DNA of 64,000 bases from Cirrosporium novae-zelandiae (Eukaryota), in assembly GCA_026023565.1 (NCBI GenBank), contig JAPETS010000019.1, positions 434,001 through 498,000 on the forward strand, in the 5' to 3' direction. The notes under the pieces are model-generated. The model was not told where the DNA came from. It worked only from the letters and a program-made list of their open reading frames with translations, and ran no database searches. Each line of letters opens with the position of its first letter. Position 1 is the stretch's first letter. The position numbers and the translations under genes were made by a program. This document shows positions 27,606 through 39,460 of this stretch, piece after piece.

Positions 27606-28391
27606 ATGACCGACCCCACTCTCTCTTATATCTCTCTGAATTCTTCATGCCGCCCTGCCATCGTCCTCCTTCACGGTGCTTTCTCCTCCCCGAACGAATA
27701 CAGCCTTGTCACTCCTCATCTTCCGAACTACCACCTTCTGATTCCATCCCTTCCCTCACACGCCGCCAGTGCCTCAATCAAGCCCTTCACTCTCACACTC
27801 ACCTCCCGCCTTCTCATGAACCTAATCCGCACCAATGCCAAAGATAAAAAAGCACATATCGTCGGTGTTTCACTCGGTGCCCACATAGCCATACACCTCG
27901 CGGCGAATTACCCGGATGTCGTGTCAGCGGTTTTCGCATCAGGGTATGGCCGGTTCAAGCCGTCAATGTGGGGTCCTGTATTGCCGTACACCGTCTGGAG
28001 CGTACATCGTTTCGAGGCCGCGGTTCCAAACCCCGTAAAGCGATATTTCATGGACGGCGCAGACCTCGATCTTGGAGAAGAGTCTATTTGTACCATTCAA
28101 CTATGTCGAGAGGTTCTTGCTGTTATCGTGTCGCGTGATGAGATTAAGCCGGCAAAGGCGAGGACGTTAGTGATTGCTGCAACCAAACGGGGGTTAGTGC
28201 CAAGCAATGATAGCGTGGAAGATGCGAAGATGGTCGCGGAGATTATGAAGAAAGAGAATGGGGAGAGTAAAGCTGTAGAGATGAATACGATGAGGCATCC
28301 TTGGGATATACAGGCGCCCGAGTTATTTGCCAGATGCGTGGCGGCCTGGATTGAGGGGACAGCGTTACCGGTGGAGATGGTAGAGCTATGA
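27606..28391 (+). CDS. Alpha/beta-fold hydrolase
   Basis: Intronless 261-aa ORF with LLHGAF oxyanion loop, GVSLG nucleophile elbow and a C-terminal His in MRHPW. Confidence 0.88.
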   Translation: MTDPTLSYISLNSSCRPAIVLLHGAFSSPNEYSLVTPHLPNYHLLIPSLPSHAASASIKPFTLTLTSRLLMNLIRTNAKDKKAHIVGVSLGAHIAIHLAANYPDVVSAVFASGYGRFKPSMWGPVLPYTVWSVHRFEAAVPNPVKRYFMDGADLDLGEESICTIQLCREVLAVIVSRDEIKPAKARTLVIAATKRGLVPSNDSVEDAKMVAEIMKKENGESKAVEMNTMRHPWDIQAPELFARCVAAWIEGTALPVEMVEL

Positions 28392-31172
28392 AGGTGAAGA
28401 TCGTGAATGCCAATGACCAGTGCATCATATATGCGCATTTATTTCTAGCCAATGGAATTTGGATCTAGAATCAAGATGCGGTCCGTCATCCGTGTATGAA
28501 TTTTCATATCACCTCCTCAAACTCAAGAGCCCGCACATCTATTCAACGAAGCCCTAAGTCCTCGCGCCCAGGTTTAAACGACCTAATACACCAGCTTAGG
28601 CTATCTGAATACGGCCCTAATGCTACAAGTACTTGACAATCGATCTCTCAAAAGAGCGATCTATTAGGAGGTCTTGGTGGTATCATCCGCGCTCCTAGCT
28701 CACCGTACGTCGTCACATACAGCCAGAATCTAGTCGTCTCGCTCATACGATGTTTTCGAGAATTTGTGTTGAGGCTTCTATTAGCACTGCTAGCTACGAC
28801 TGGAGACACAAATGAAGAGACAATGCTGGATTTGGATTAAATTGTTAACATTTCATAGAGACATCTAACGAGTTTCTAGGCCTGAAATACAAACTACCAA
28901 CCTTCAGGGGCACTGCAAAGTGCCGACTCTGCAGTCCTGTTATCAGCTGTGTAGGGATCTTTGCCGGTTTGTATGTGGATCTCCAGCAGCTGGTATACAA
29001 ATCTTCATGCCAGCAGTATTCTATCTCCTGACACTTAGTATGTAGCCAGTCTTCTTCTGAGATACCTCTGTTGGAAATGAACATGCTCTTAATGGGTGCG
29101 ATGCTCCCTCGAATATCGACCTAGCTCTTACCACTAAATATTGAAATTGTCAAACTACCGTTGCCATCACCGATCAGATCGCGACCTGCAATCACACCTA
29201 GCTGTGACAGAATCTTTGTATTCCAAAATAGTAGCGCCTTCACCATTTACTATTCCTACTTCGATCTGCTGTATACAAATTTCTAAGGACACCAGGACCA
29301 GCAATACCACGAGATATTATCGAGTGAATGGGGTTTATGGACTACAGCACTGGCCCCTATAGTGAACTTGGTGACGAGCCTTATAGAAAGTCTTGATGAA
29401 ATGAAAGGAGAATATCATGGTGTAGCTTAAAAGAACTAGAAGGATTTCATGAATGAATGACAAGGTAAGATTGAGTAACATTAATGTCGTGAGGCTGCCA
29501 GAAGAAAGTCAGTGATTCATACGACCTATAAAGCGAGAAAGATTAATCAGTAGAATATGATCGAACATAGATATTATAAAGACTTTATTTTCTGCAATAA
29601 ATATTTATTTGTACTCCCTAGTTTCATTTCCATCTTTTGAAAGAACGAGTAACACCGATAATAAGATATCAGCGATGAGTCCAGTATTCAAGCCGAATAG
29701 ACTCTACAGTAGGTACCTAGGTAATTAGGGCTTAAGCATCATCCAATTCGAGTTAGCAACTCCCAGAAAGTCCAAGCTCCTCCGCACCCAAAACCCATTC
29801 ATCAACCCAAAAAATTTCTTTCCCTCAAATCTATCTTCCATCTAGAAGACTACCGTAACTGGATACCCAACAACGACCACTAAGTCTAGAGGTATCCAAT
29901 GCCAAAAACATCCTTAATTAGCTCATCATCATATCCCCCCCGCTTTGAAATTGAAAGCTCCCCTTCCAAAGCCACTAAGCTCGAAGAGGCTCACTCGCCA
30001 ACCTGACCCGAGAACGTTATCTATCGTTGGCTTCACTTCATCACGCAACGTTTTTAAGTGGGCCTAACCGGTAAGGTAAGTTATTTTTTCAGATTCGAAA
30101 TGGGAAAACGTATCATCATCACTACCACTAGTCAACAAACAAACAACTCTACTCCACTTCTCATTGAATGGGTACCCAATACCCAATCAACACACACACA
30201 TCAAAGTGCATACATGACATGATGATTGATGCTTAAAAAATATGTTTCAACCCCATATGAAAACTTATCAAGTTGATTCGAAATTGCGCGTCGATTTTTT
30301 CTGAAAAAACTGGTTTGCTTCAGCCAGCCTTTGTTATATATATGGCTATACTATATCGTTTTGAGAGGGGAGAGGGATTTGAATTGGCTAATTCGGAGCT
30401 TTTGGTTTGTTGCGAAAACTAGGTAAAGTGTGATGATCGATTTGACGTCGATGACTATCTACTCGATTGCGGTATCGAATTCGGATTTCCTGATCCTTTT
30501 ATCTATTGGTCTGCTGGATTTGCCGGATAGGTTTTGGTGAGTTTTTTGAAGGAGTTTAATTTACTTGATAATACAATATGTGATTTGGGTTTAGGCCTTT
30601 GTGTACACAATCAACTACTTTAAGATCCTAAGAGCATACATATGTCTAACTAGCTCCCTATGGATCTTGCTTGACCTATTTTTATTGTCCCCTCTCTGTA
30701 ACACAGCTGAAGTCGAAGCATTCTCCATACACTCCTTCCTACACAATTCTCTAAGATGAACAAACACGTTGACTCATGATCAAATAATTCATACTATTTC
30801 CTCATTCTCGTCAAACCATAGGAACAACTCAAAAACTCAATTCGCATAGCGAACAAGAACACCCCCATAGTTCTCATCTCTACACCTCCCAACTTCAGGC
30901 CCCCAAAACCACCCCGTTTGTTATATGCAACTCGTTTCCATGACTGCAACGCAACGCAGTTGTGGACACCCGTCCAATCCTGGTATTTGTATTCCCTGTC
31001 AAACAGACTCCTCTCAAACAAAAAACAAACAACCCCAATTTCATTCATCAAAAGTCATCGTATAGTATAGTGTATAGTACCAGCAATAATAATAATAACA
31101 ATAAACACCCATCCATCCATCCCCCTTTGCTAGCTAGCCCTACCCCCCAATACTATCCTCGGGAGTTTTGGT

Positions 31173-31349
31173 TTAAATAATAACACAAGGAATGCAACAA
31201 AACTCGCACTCGCCGCACGGGGTAGGACATTCACAGCATCCCTTCTTGACACCGGGTTTTGTGAGCGAGGAGGAGGATGTGGTGGTTGAGCCTGTGGTTG
31301 TGGGGAGGACGGAGTTTATGGGTGATGAGAGGGCGGTGGTGATGGCCAT
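31173..31349 (-). CDS. 58-aa Ser/Thr-rich peptide with C-terminal Cys cluster and CAAX box (CVII)
   Basis: Reads MAITTALSSPINSVLPTTTGSTTTSSSSLTKPGVKKGCCECPTPCGECEFCCIPCVII*. Strong start context (CAACCAACAATGG) after a CA-rich leader. It falls below the 60-aa cutoff of the ORF track. Confidence 0.65.
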   Translation of the reverse strand: MAITTALSSPINSVLPTTTGSTTTSSSSLTKPGVKKGCCECPTPCGECEFCCIPCVII

Positions 31350-32292
31350 TGTTGGTTGTGGTGTTTGTGTGTGTATTGTGGACGGGTTGATGGATAAGGA
31401 GGTATGTATGTAGGTATGGAAGTATGTAAGATGCGGTTTGGTTTTAAAAGCTGTGAAGAGAGAGTAATTAGGTCAGTAATTAAGAAAACAAGAAAAGAAG
31501 CTTAAGCTTATCCATTCATCCATACCTTGTGTTTTCTTTGGTGTGGGGGAGAGATAATTTGCTCCGAGTTCTTCAGATCGATATTTATTCTTTTCGCAAA
31601 AGAAGAAGTTAGATGTTGAGCGTTGGGCGTTGGGCGTTGGCGTAAATAAATGTCCAAGAAAGAAAGAAAGAAAAAGAAGTCGAAGTAATTAGAAGAAACA
31701 AGGTCCTTCTTCTTATTTGAATATTTAGCTTGGGTTTCCCTACCAAGAAACCAAGCCACTCATTATTCTCCACTCTCCATCTCATTCACTCCATTCAACT
31801 GCCTTGCCTTTGCCATACCCTTGCCATACCCTTGCCAGAGACTCGCGCCAAGTTATGGTTAACGTTATGAAATATGCAAGTACCTTGTAACTTACACTAC
31901 CACCAACTTAACTACAGAGAGCTGAAAGTTAATTACGGTTAATTACGTTAATTTTACCCACTTACTCGAGTACCTAGGTAGTTAGTGACGATGATGATGG
32001 AGCGCAAGACCTGCAACGGGCGGTTAGTAGCTAAGTTAATTAGCTAATTATTCTACTCGAGTAGAGGTAATTACTTGTAGCTACGTCAATTGAAACCAAA
32101 AAAAAAAACAGCTTTTTTTTTGTTTAGGAATTCTTGTACCAAAGTATTTTATCATTGTTAGTTTAATCTTCCTTTTCACTCTCTCTGATTGATCAATAAT
32201 TGGGCATACATTATAGGTATCCATGAATAAATGAATGAGCCTGACATGCCTGAGCCTTTGGCTTGCATTGGCCTCTACACCGTACACAAATG

Positions 32293-32294
<2 letters not shown>

Positions 32295-32350
<56 letters not shown>

Positions 32351-32351
32351 C
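32295..32351. repeat. (AAC)19 microsatellite
   Basis: Perfect trinucleotide run, directly visible. Confidence 0.95.
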
Positions 32352-33961
32352 TTAAAAAAAATAAAACAGTCGCTCTGTATTTCCCTTTTCCATTCCCACG
32401 TCCCATGTCTCCCATCTACCAAAAACTTAATCCCATTCATCCACACATACATCCATGCACAAGGGAGGCGGGGGGCATTGCCTTGCCGCCGCTGCACGCT
32501 GTGGCGCCTAAAAATTCCTCCAGTTTCAACAAGAATATTCCATGGATATGGATATGATTGGGGAGAATGATTTTCTTCTTTTTCTTTTCGTTTTAGGTTT
32601 TATGCACACCGCCACGAACTTTACCGTTTGAACAACACTTTAGATGTTTTGGGAGAGTTTTTTTTTTTCATTTTTTCCAATGTTGGTTGTAATTAACTGG
32701 ATGGATTGATGAATTGGTTTGATTGGGGTAGATTAACTTAAATTATTGGATAAAGGTGGCTGGGGCGGTACGGTTGTGGACGTCATGGATGTGTGGGTGT
32801 ATTGCGTGTGGCTTGTGGCTTGGCGGGTTAAAGCACCCACGCATAAATGTACAGCCTCGAGCTTGTTTTGTGATGAATAACTAATAGGTATGCGTGTTAT
32901 GTAATCGATGATATAAAGATTTGCCATGTGTTTGCTTAGTTTGAAGTTCCTCTATAGTGAGGTAGGGTAGGTGTGCCTCCGTGATGAATGGATTACCTTG
33001 AGAGAAGCCACTCACAACACACTTATCGCTGTATTCTTGAATAACGAACAGCTTAAAAAAACAACATTCGAGGTTTCAAGGTCGATTCGACGACTCTATG
33101 GGCCATATGGAGCAATCATCTGTCATCTTCTTCATCGGCCTTCTCGTTTCAGTCCCTCTCGCATGAACGCTTTCTTTTCAGGTTGGACGAGGCCTTTTCT
33201 TTGAAGGGTGAATGGAATCGACCCCCTGATGATATATATCTATGCGCTCGAGATCAACGAAGATGGCACGCCGTCGTTCGATACTCTAGAAAAATATATT
33301 TGTTTGCAAAGGTCGCGAAAAATGACATCGGTTGCAGCGACAGAGCTTTACCGGCGGAGCGCTGCACAGAATCGTCGCATTCATAATTATCTTTGACCAT
33401 TCCTCCAGCTCAAGAAATTAATATCATGTGTATAGTCTTTACACCAAGATTAAGATTCTACTCTATTTAGATCCTTTTTATTGCTGTTATATCGCGTGGA
33501 GAGATAGCGTCCTTACTCTCCGCTAGGAACTGATGGAGCTTTCAGTTCGTTGGACGGAGCTAGGAACGCAGGGCTCATGTCTATATTCACCTATCAAAAA
33601 GAAAATAAAGGAGCACACTCGGCATTATGAAAAATTTAAGGTTGTGTATAAATTCAAGGAGTGGCTAGAATGTTTTTGGACTGTGAACTTTGATGGATGG
33701 ATGGATGAATAGATACTGAATGAGGCGTGGGACGTAGTAAAGGATGTGCACAAGGCAGTGTATGATGAGTGGGTGAAAATAGCTCGGGAGTTAAGAGTTT
33801 GCGGAGATGGCCAAATGGTAGAGAAGGCTGATAGACAGGCTATTCGGTTCTGGGTGAATACGTTATTTTTAAGTGTCTCGGGGATAATGATGTCCCTAAT
33901 GTCTCGCTTGCATTGCGCGATTATCTAGGTCTGCTATTTACGCGGCTTCTCCTGGAATGTG

Positions 33962-35487
33962 TTACTCCTTTACATCGCCATCGTGCTCTTTATGCTGTTT
34001 CCCGCACACCAGTGGGCTCGTACAGTGGGTCTGGTGTATTGCTGGCTGACCCCATTTCTCCATCCATTCCGACGCAACTGCCGCACCCGCAGTGATGCGT
34101 TCAGAAGGCTCATAACCCAGCATTCCTCCCAAGAGCTTCTCAAGACACATCATTTCCTCTGGACAGAACTCACATGTTGCAGGGTCCTCTCCTCGTCCCA
34201 TGATACATAATCGCTCAGATAGCGGGCGGGGATATGGCGCATGACCGCGATTTGTGTCCATCTTCCATGCCCCATCTTCAAGGAAAAAGTCTGTCCTCTG
34301 CTGCCATTGCTCCCACCAACGCTTTGGAAGGTGTCCTAGCGTACTGACCATCTCTGCAATCACATGGTTCTGGCCTGGCATGAATCCTTCAAATAGAGGG
34401 CGATCGCCAAGAATATCATAGAGAGTGCAACCAAGAGTCCATATATCAATTGCCGGGCCTATAGGCTCATGAAAGAACACTTCTGGTGGAAGAAGTAAAA
34501 TAGGGGTATGCAGTGCTTTACGCTCTTCATCGTTAAAGAACGCCCCACCAAAGTCTGAGATGACAACTCGGGCGTCCACAATTTCCTCGCTTGACTGGAT
34601 CATAACAGGTAGGACACAGTATCTTGGAACTTCTGGGCCGAGAGGATTCTTATCCAGTCGTTCCACAGGTAGCCTCTGAGGTTCCCCTAATCGGCGATAC
34701 AGATCCTCGATGGTACACCATTTGAAACCAGGAGATCGGAATAGGATATTGTTTGAATGCAGATCTATTCTCGGCCATCAATATGTTATTGTACTAAGCA
34801 ATGAACCTAGCTAGTCGGACTTACCGCTGTGTATCACACCACATGAGTGGATATAGTCCAATCCTAGAAGAACTTGAGCGGATATAGCCCTTGCTATGTT
34901 GACCGGAAACTTCCATGTGGTGCTAGTTTCCTTTGATTGAGCAACACTACAACTAGCAGCGTCGCTCACGATACACAGGTGGCGGCCGTTGGGCCCATAA
35001 ATAACAAACTCGTCCAGCAGCGACGAAACATAGGCCCGTCCTGGGTGATCTGGCTTCCCTGAACTTAACACACGTAAAATCCAGCTTTCTGTGCTCTTTT
35101 CAAAGGCAGCTGCAACAAGGATTTTCAGTGCAAGATATCTCTTTTCTAGGTGATCTTTAGCAAGCCAGACTGTAGAGGAACTCCCATGACCGAGTTTATG
35201 GACGACTTCATAGCGACCATCAAGGTATTTATCGCCGATATAAGTTGGATGATAACCACCCGGGCGATAGCGCCCTAGGTCCTCAACATACCCTCCTGCC
35301 ATTGGTATATTAATTCAGGAAGAGTAGTCGAGTCTTCTTGAGGCTGCATGGAAAGATTCTGGTATGACAGAAAGGTTCTCTTGTGCTGTGGAGATGACAG
35401 TTGAAAGACGCTGGGGTACTTTTTCGGAATGCGTAGACGGGAGAAATCAGGTATCCTCTTGGGGGCAATAACATCTAGTAGTGCCAT
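33962..35487 (-). CDS. SRPK-like (CMGC) Ser/Thr kinase with an apparent frameshift near the 5' end
   Basis: YRPGGYHP, KLGHGSSSTVW, ALK, HSDLHSNN (intron 34765-34824), DFG, PPE and DIWTLG. The upstream frame (…YQWQEG) is out of frame with VEDLGRY at ~35288. The ATG at 35302 would rescue the kinase domain. Confidence 0.8.
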
Positions 35488-36327
35488 ATGTTGAAGAAAT
35501 CTATTTGGGATACCTTCAGTTGTTGCCCTATAAATAGTGTTAAATGTGTGCAGCTGTCGAGGGAAGGGACCTTCAGGGTCGAGAGAACCAAGGAAAGGGC
35601 GCTTGAAGTCGAATCGGGTACCCTAGAATCCGTACAAGGATATCCGCGGACCTTGATATCAATAATTAGGGCTAGGCTATTTTTATCCACCATATTTATT
35701 CGTATGGCTCTGTTGCTATACTTAAAGGCAGGAAGTCTTTGTTGGTCAATTCATAATCCCAAAAAATCTATTTGATAAGTTTGCTACCCTTGATTAGATT
35801 CTAACTAGAATCATAGCTCAGCGTAACACTCAGCTAGCTAGGCTCACAGACCAAAGCTTTGTTTGCCGCTGCCTGTTCTTCAGTAGCCAATCTCACGGTG
35901 GCATGCTCTTTAGAGTTACAATGGCTAGTGTGGGCTGGGATTCTACCAGTCTGTCAGCATCCAACGCAAACAGCATGATAAGGGAAGTCGAACTTGAGCA
36001 TGGCTCTTGTGAAATGAGCCAAATCAGGCTTGGTAGTTGCCTCCTCGATGAGACTTAAGGTACTATTTCGAAGCGCTTGATCCCTAAGCCTCTGCGTAAA
36101 TTTCACCCCACTTCGAGCAATTGAGGCCATGGAAGCTGATTGAAAACATGATGAAGACAGTCGGGTAGAATATGATGATTATACGAGTAATAGACGTCAA
36201 ATAAAATTGACTGAGACACTCTTAACTCATGATCTGTGCTGTAGTGCCTTTTATATCAAAGAATCTTGTCTTCACCTTAGATCTAGATTATTTCCATAGC
36301 TCTGCTATTGTTCCATATTAGCCGATC

Positions 36328-37869
36328 ATGAAGCTCAGGTTATTTCGTCCGTTCTTGAACTGTACTACTAATCTTTCTCGATATGCTCTAGTTCCTAGTT
36401 CCTTTCATCATTGGCCTTATGTTAACTCTATTCCTCAAATATTCATGAGGTCATATTTAATGGAACCACACCTTTATTCCTGCACAGTCGAAGCGGAGCC
36501 GTTGCATCGATATCGCCCTAGTGGCTATCATCCAGTCCATCTAGGTGATATCCTAAAAGATGGCCAGTACAAAATTCTCCACAAATTGAGATTTGGCGGT
36601 TATTCAACGGTGTGGGCAGCAAAAGATCAAAAGTATAAATACAGCCATTCTTTCTCAAGATAAAGGCTCATTTGAAATTAGATTACAGCGCTACGTCGCC
36701 ATAAAAATTGCCGTGTCCGAAGTTGGACCAGAAAGCCATGAGCTCCAAGTGTTGCGGACTCTCTCTGCCAGTTCTCCAATGGTTAGCTCTCAGTATGTTA
36801 TGCAGCTTTTAGATGACTTCCAGCTGGTGGGCCCAAACGGCACGCATACTTGTCTTGTATTCGAGTTGCTTGGACCAAACATTCCAACCGTTATCGAGGC
36901 ACAATTCCCCGATGGTAGGCTTCTGGGAATATTGCCAGAACCGTCTCGAAACAGGCTCTTCTTGGGTTGAACTTTTTACATCAACATCAAATTGAACATG
37001 GAGGCGTGTTAGACGAAACATGACCGCTGTCCTCCATCAGAAACTGCTAACACCGGCCAGATCTGCATACGGGGAATATTGCTTTCAGTATGCCATCGCT
37101 GGACTCATTGTCAGAAGAAGAGCTCCTCGAGCAGCTTCAGACTCCCAGAACCGGTATCGTTACCCGGTTGGATGGGAAGCTAATTGGGTCTGGAGTTCCA
37201 AAGTATCTTGTTTGGCCAAGTTTTATACCAGTTTCAGAGATCATTTCTACCAGTCCCATTAAGATTATTGATTTCGGAGAGTCGTTCGCGAATGGTATCA
37301 AGCCTAAAACTCTTCATACGCCATTAGCGGTACGCGCTCCCGAAGTCATCTTCGAGGATAATTGGGATTTTCGAGTCGATTTGTGGAGCGTGGGCTGCAT
37401 GGTAATTTTCTCATCAATTTCAGTATCTGTATCTCAAATTCTTACACCCCCCCTTCTAGATATTTGGATTGGTTACTGGACAACCCCCTTTTGATAGTAT
37501 TATGATGGATAAAGAGCGCCTTATTTGCCAAATGATCGAATCCATAGGGGAATTGCCGGAAAAATGGTGGCACAAACTCGGAGAATTGATGAAAAAAGGT
37601 CCGTACACGATCAATCCTTTATCCGTCACTATATCTAAAGGTGATATCTCCATTCGACGCTAACAGTCCCAGAACCCACGGAAGGAAGTGGATATGATCT
37701 TCAACTGTGGCTTGAAGAATTATATTTCGACGACGAAAAAACTATAGACTTCACACGCAGCGATATAAAGGACCTAGGATCATCGCCTCGGAAGTTGTTA
37801 CGGTTTGACCCTTCGACACGTTCTACAGCTTTGGATGTCCTCCAGGATGATTGGTTTCGAAACATTTAG
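36328..37869 (+). pseudogene. SRPK-like kinase, probable pseudogene
   Basis: YRPSGYHP, VAIK, DLHTGN, DFG, RAPE and DLWSVG. A 1-nt frameshift at ~36922 (CTTCTGGGAAT) is needed to reach GNIARTVSKQALLGL. The Gly-loop reads LRFGGY, and one intron donor reads GC (~37004). Confidence 0.72.
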
Positions 37870-39420
37870 TGAATTCAACGACGCAGGTTTGTTTGTCGGT
37901 CTCAGTTGGTTGGGCAATCGCATTCGCTATCGATGCAACCCGAGCTAATGACGTCTGTGATGGATAGAACGCATGCGTTATGTTGTTGCTACGGTGCAGC
38001 CAGGTTATATACCCTAACACCAAGTATCCGCTCACGTATCAGATACCCCACGGCTTTTTGACGTAGTGAGGTAAAAGAGTGTTGGCTTACCTTCTAACAA
38101 TTATCCACCCCATTCCCGTCGTCGTTGAATATTCTCGAATGATCAATCTCTTTTTTTTTTTTGAATATCTATGCACTCATTCTCTCTCTTTCTTCATTCA
38201 CAGAATCAACAATAAGACCCCCCCCTCTACCGAAGATGGAAATACCTACGTCCTCGACCTATACCCCACAAAAACACCCCATCCATACATAACAAAAAAA
38301 AGGAAATCCAAGGTCCATGGTTCTGCTACACACTTGACATGCTATTTCCTTGACACAAAAAAAATAGCCTCAATAATTGCAACTATGGATTCTATCTTCC
38401 TTTTTTTTCGTGTGTGTTCTTAGAAACCTAACATAAAACCTAACCTAGAGTTGTTGGTAACATTTCACCAAAAACCAAAAATCTAGTCCAGTCCTTGAAA
38501 TACTGTACAGTAAGAGAAGTCGAAAAAAGCCGGGAAACAACTAACCAACTTACTTCTGGAAGAAAGGTGACTTAACTCAACTTTCTAGGTTGGTTGGCTG
38601 GTTGGTTTATGTTGTGGGTTTTGTTGGGATGGAGATCTTGGAACGTGGGGATGTTGGAAGGTAGGTAGGTATGGCTAGAGTTGTTGGGTATTGTGTGATA
38701 TATAGGGATGAGGGAGGAGAGGGAAGAGAGAGGGAAGAGAGAGGGAAGAGAGAGGGGATAGGGGTGGTATAGTACAGGTACAGGTATAGGATAGTGCGTA
38801 TGCCATCCGTCTATCCATATACAGCACAGCACTAGTACCAGTACCAGTACAGTCGTCGTCCTCGTGGAGCGCTGTTGTCTATGTTGTCTGTGTTGATTGA
38901 AGCGCATTATGATATGCCTAAAAAAAGGACATATTGTATAGTGTAGTAGTAGGAGAGCCTGATATGGAATGGATATGGATATGGATATGCAATAAATAAA
39001 TGAAAGAAAAGGAATCAGTAAGTGGAAATACGCATGAGGAGCATAATGTAGGGTTAGTATAGTAGTAGGGTATATAGTTACTCAAATTTTACAAAAATAA
39101 ATAAATAATAATGAGGAAGGAGAAGGAGAAGGAGGAGGAGGAGGAGGAGGAGGAGGAGGAGGAGGAGGATTAATGACTCACCCCTTCACTCCCCCCTCTC
39201 TTATAACTTATATCTTTCATCTTGTGTCTTACGTAGAATAAAATAAAATAAAATAGACTGGATTAGACTAGAAGGTCAGCATACCTAATTCAATTAACCT
39301 AATCAATGTAATCGATATAACTAATATCCCAAGTGTTCCCTCTCATCCCCTGACTCCCCCCTTGACTTTCTGTGAAGATGACGATGGCGATGGTTGGAGA
39401 GGGAGAGAGAAAGAGAGCTT

Positions 39421-39460
39421 GGAGTTTGGAGTTTGGAGTTTGGAGTTTGGAGTTTGGAGT
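39421..39460. repeat. (GGAGTTT)5-6 tandem repeat; (GGA)n at 39131-39169 nearby
   Basis: Directly visible. Confidence 0.9.

Noticed and set aside
32081..32570. Poly-Leu and poly-Asn ORFs
   Set aside because: Artefacts of the (AAC)19 microsatellite.
33208..33396. Faint resemblance (IYALEINEDGTP..YICL) to the N-terminus of glycogen debranching enzyme
   Set aside because: Too short, with no continuation. It could be chance.
35711..35828. LTR-like TGTTGC...GTAACA segment between the kinases
   Set aside because: Imperfect termini, no TSD, and only 118 bp.
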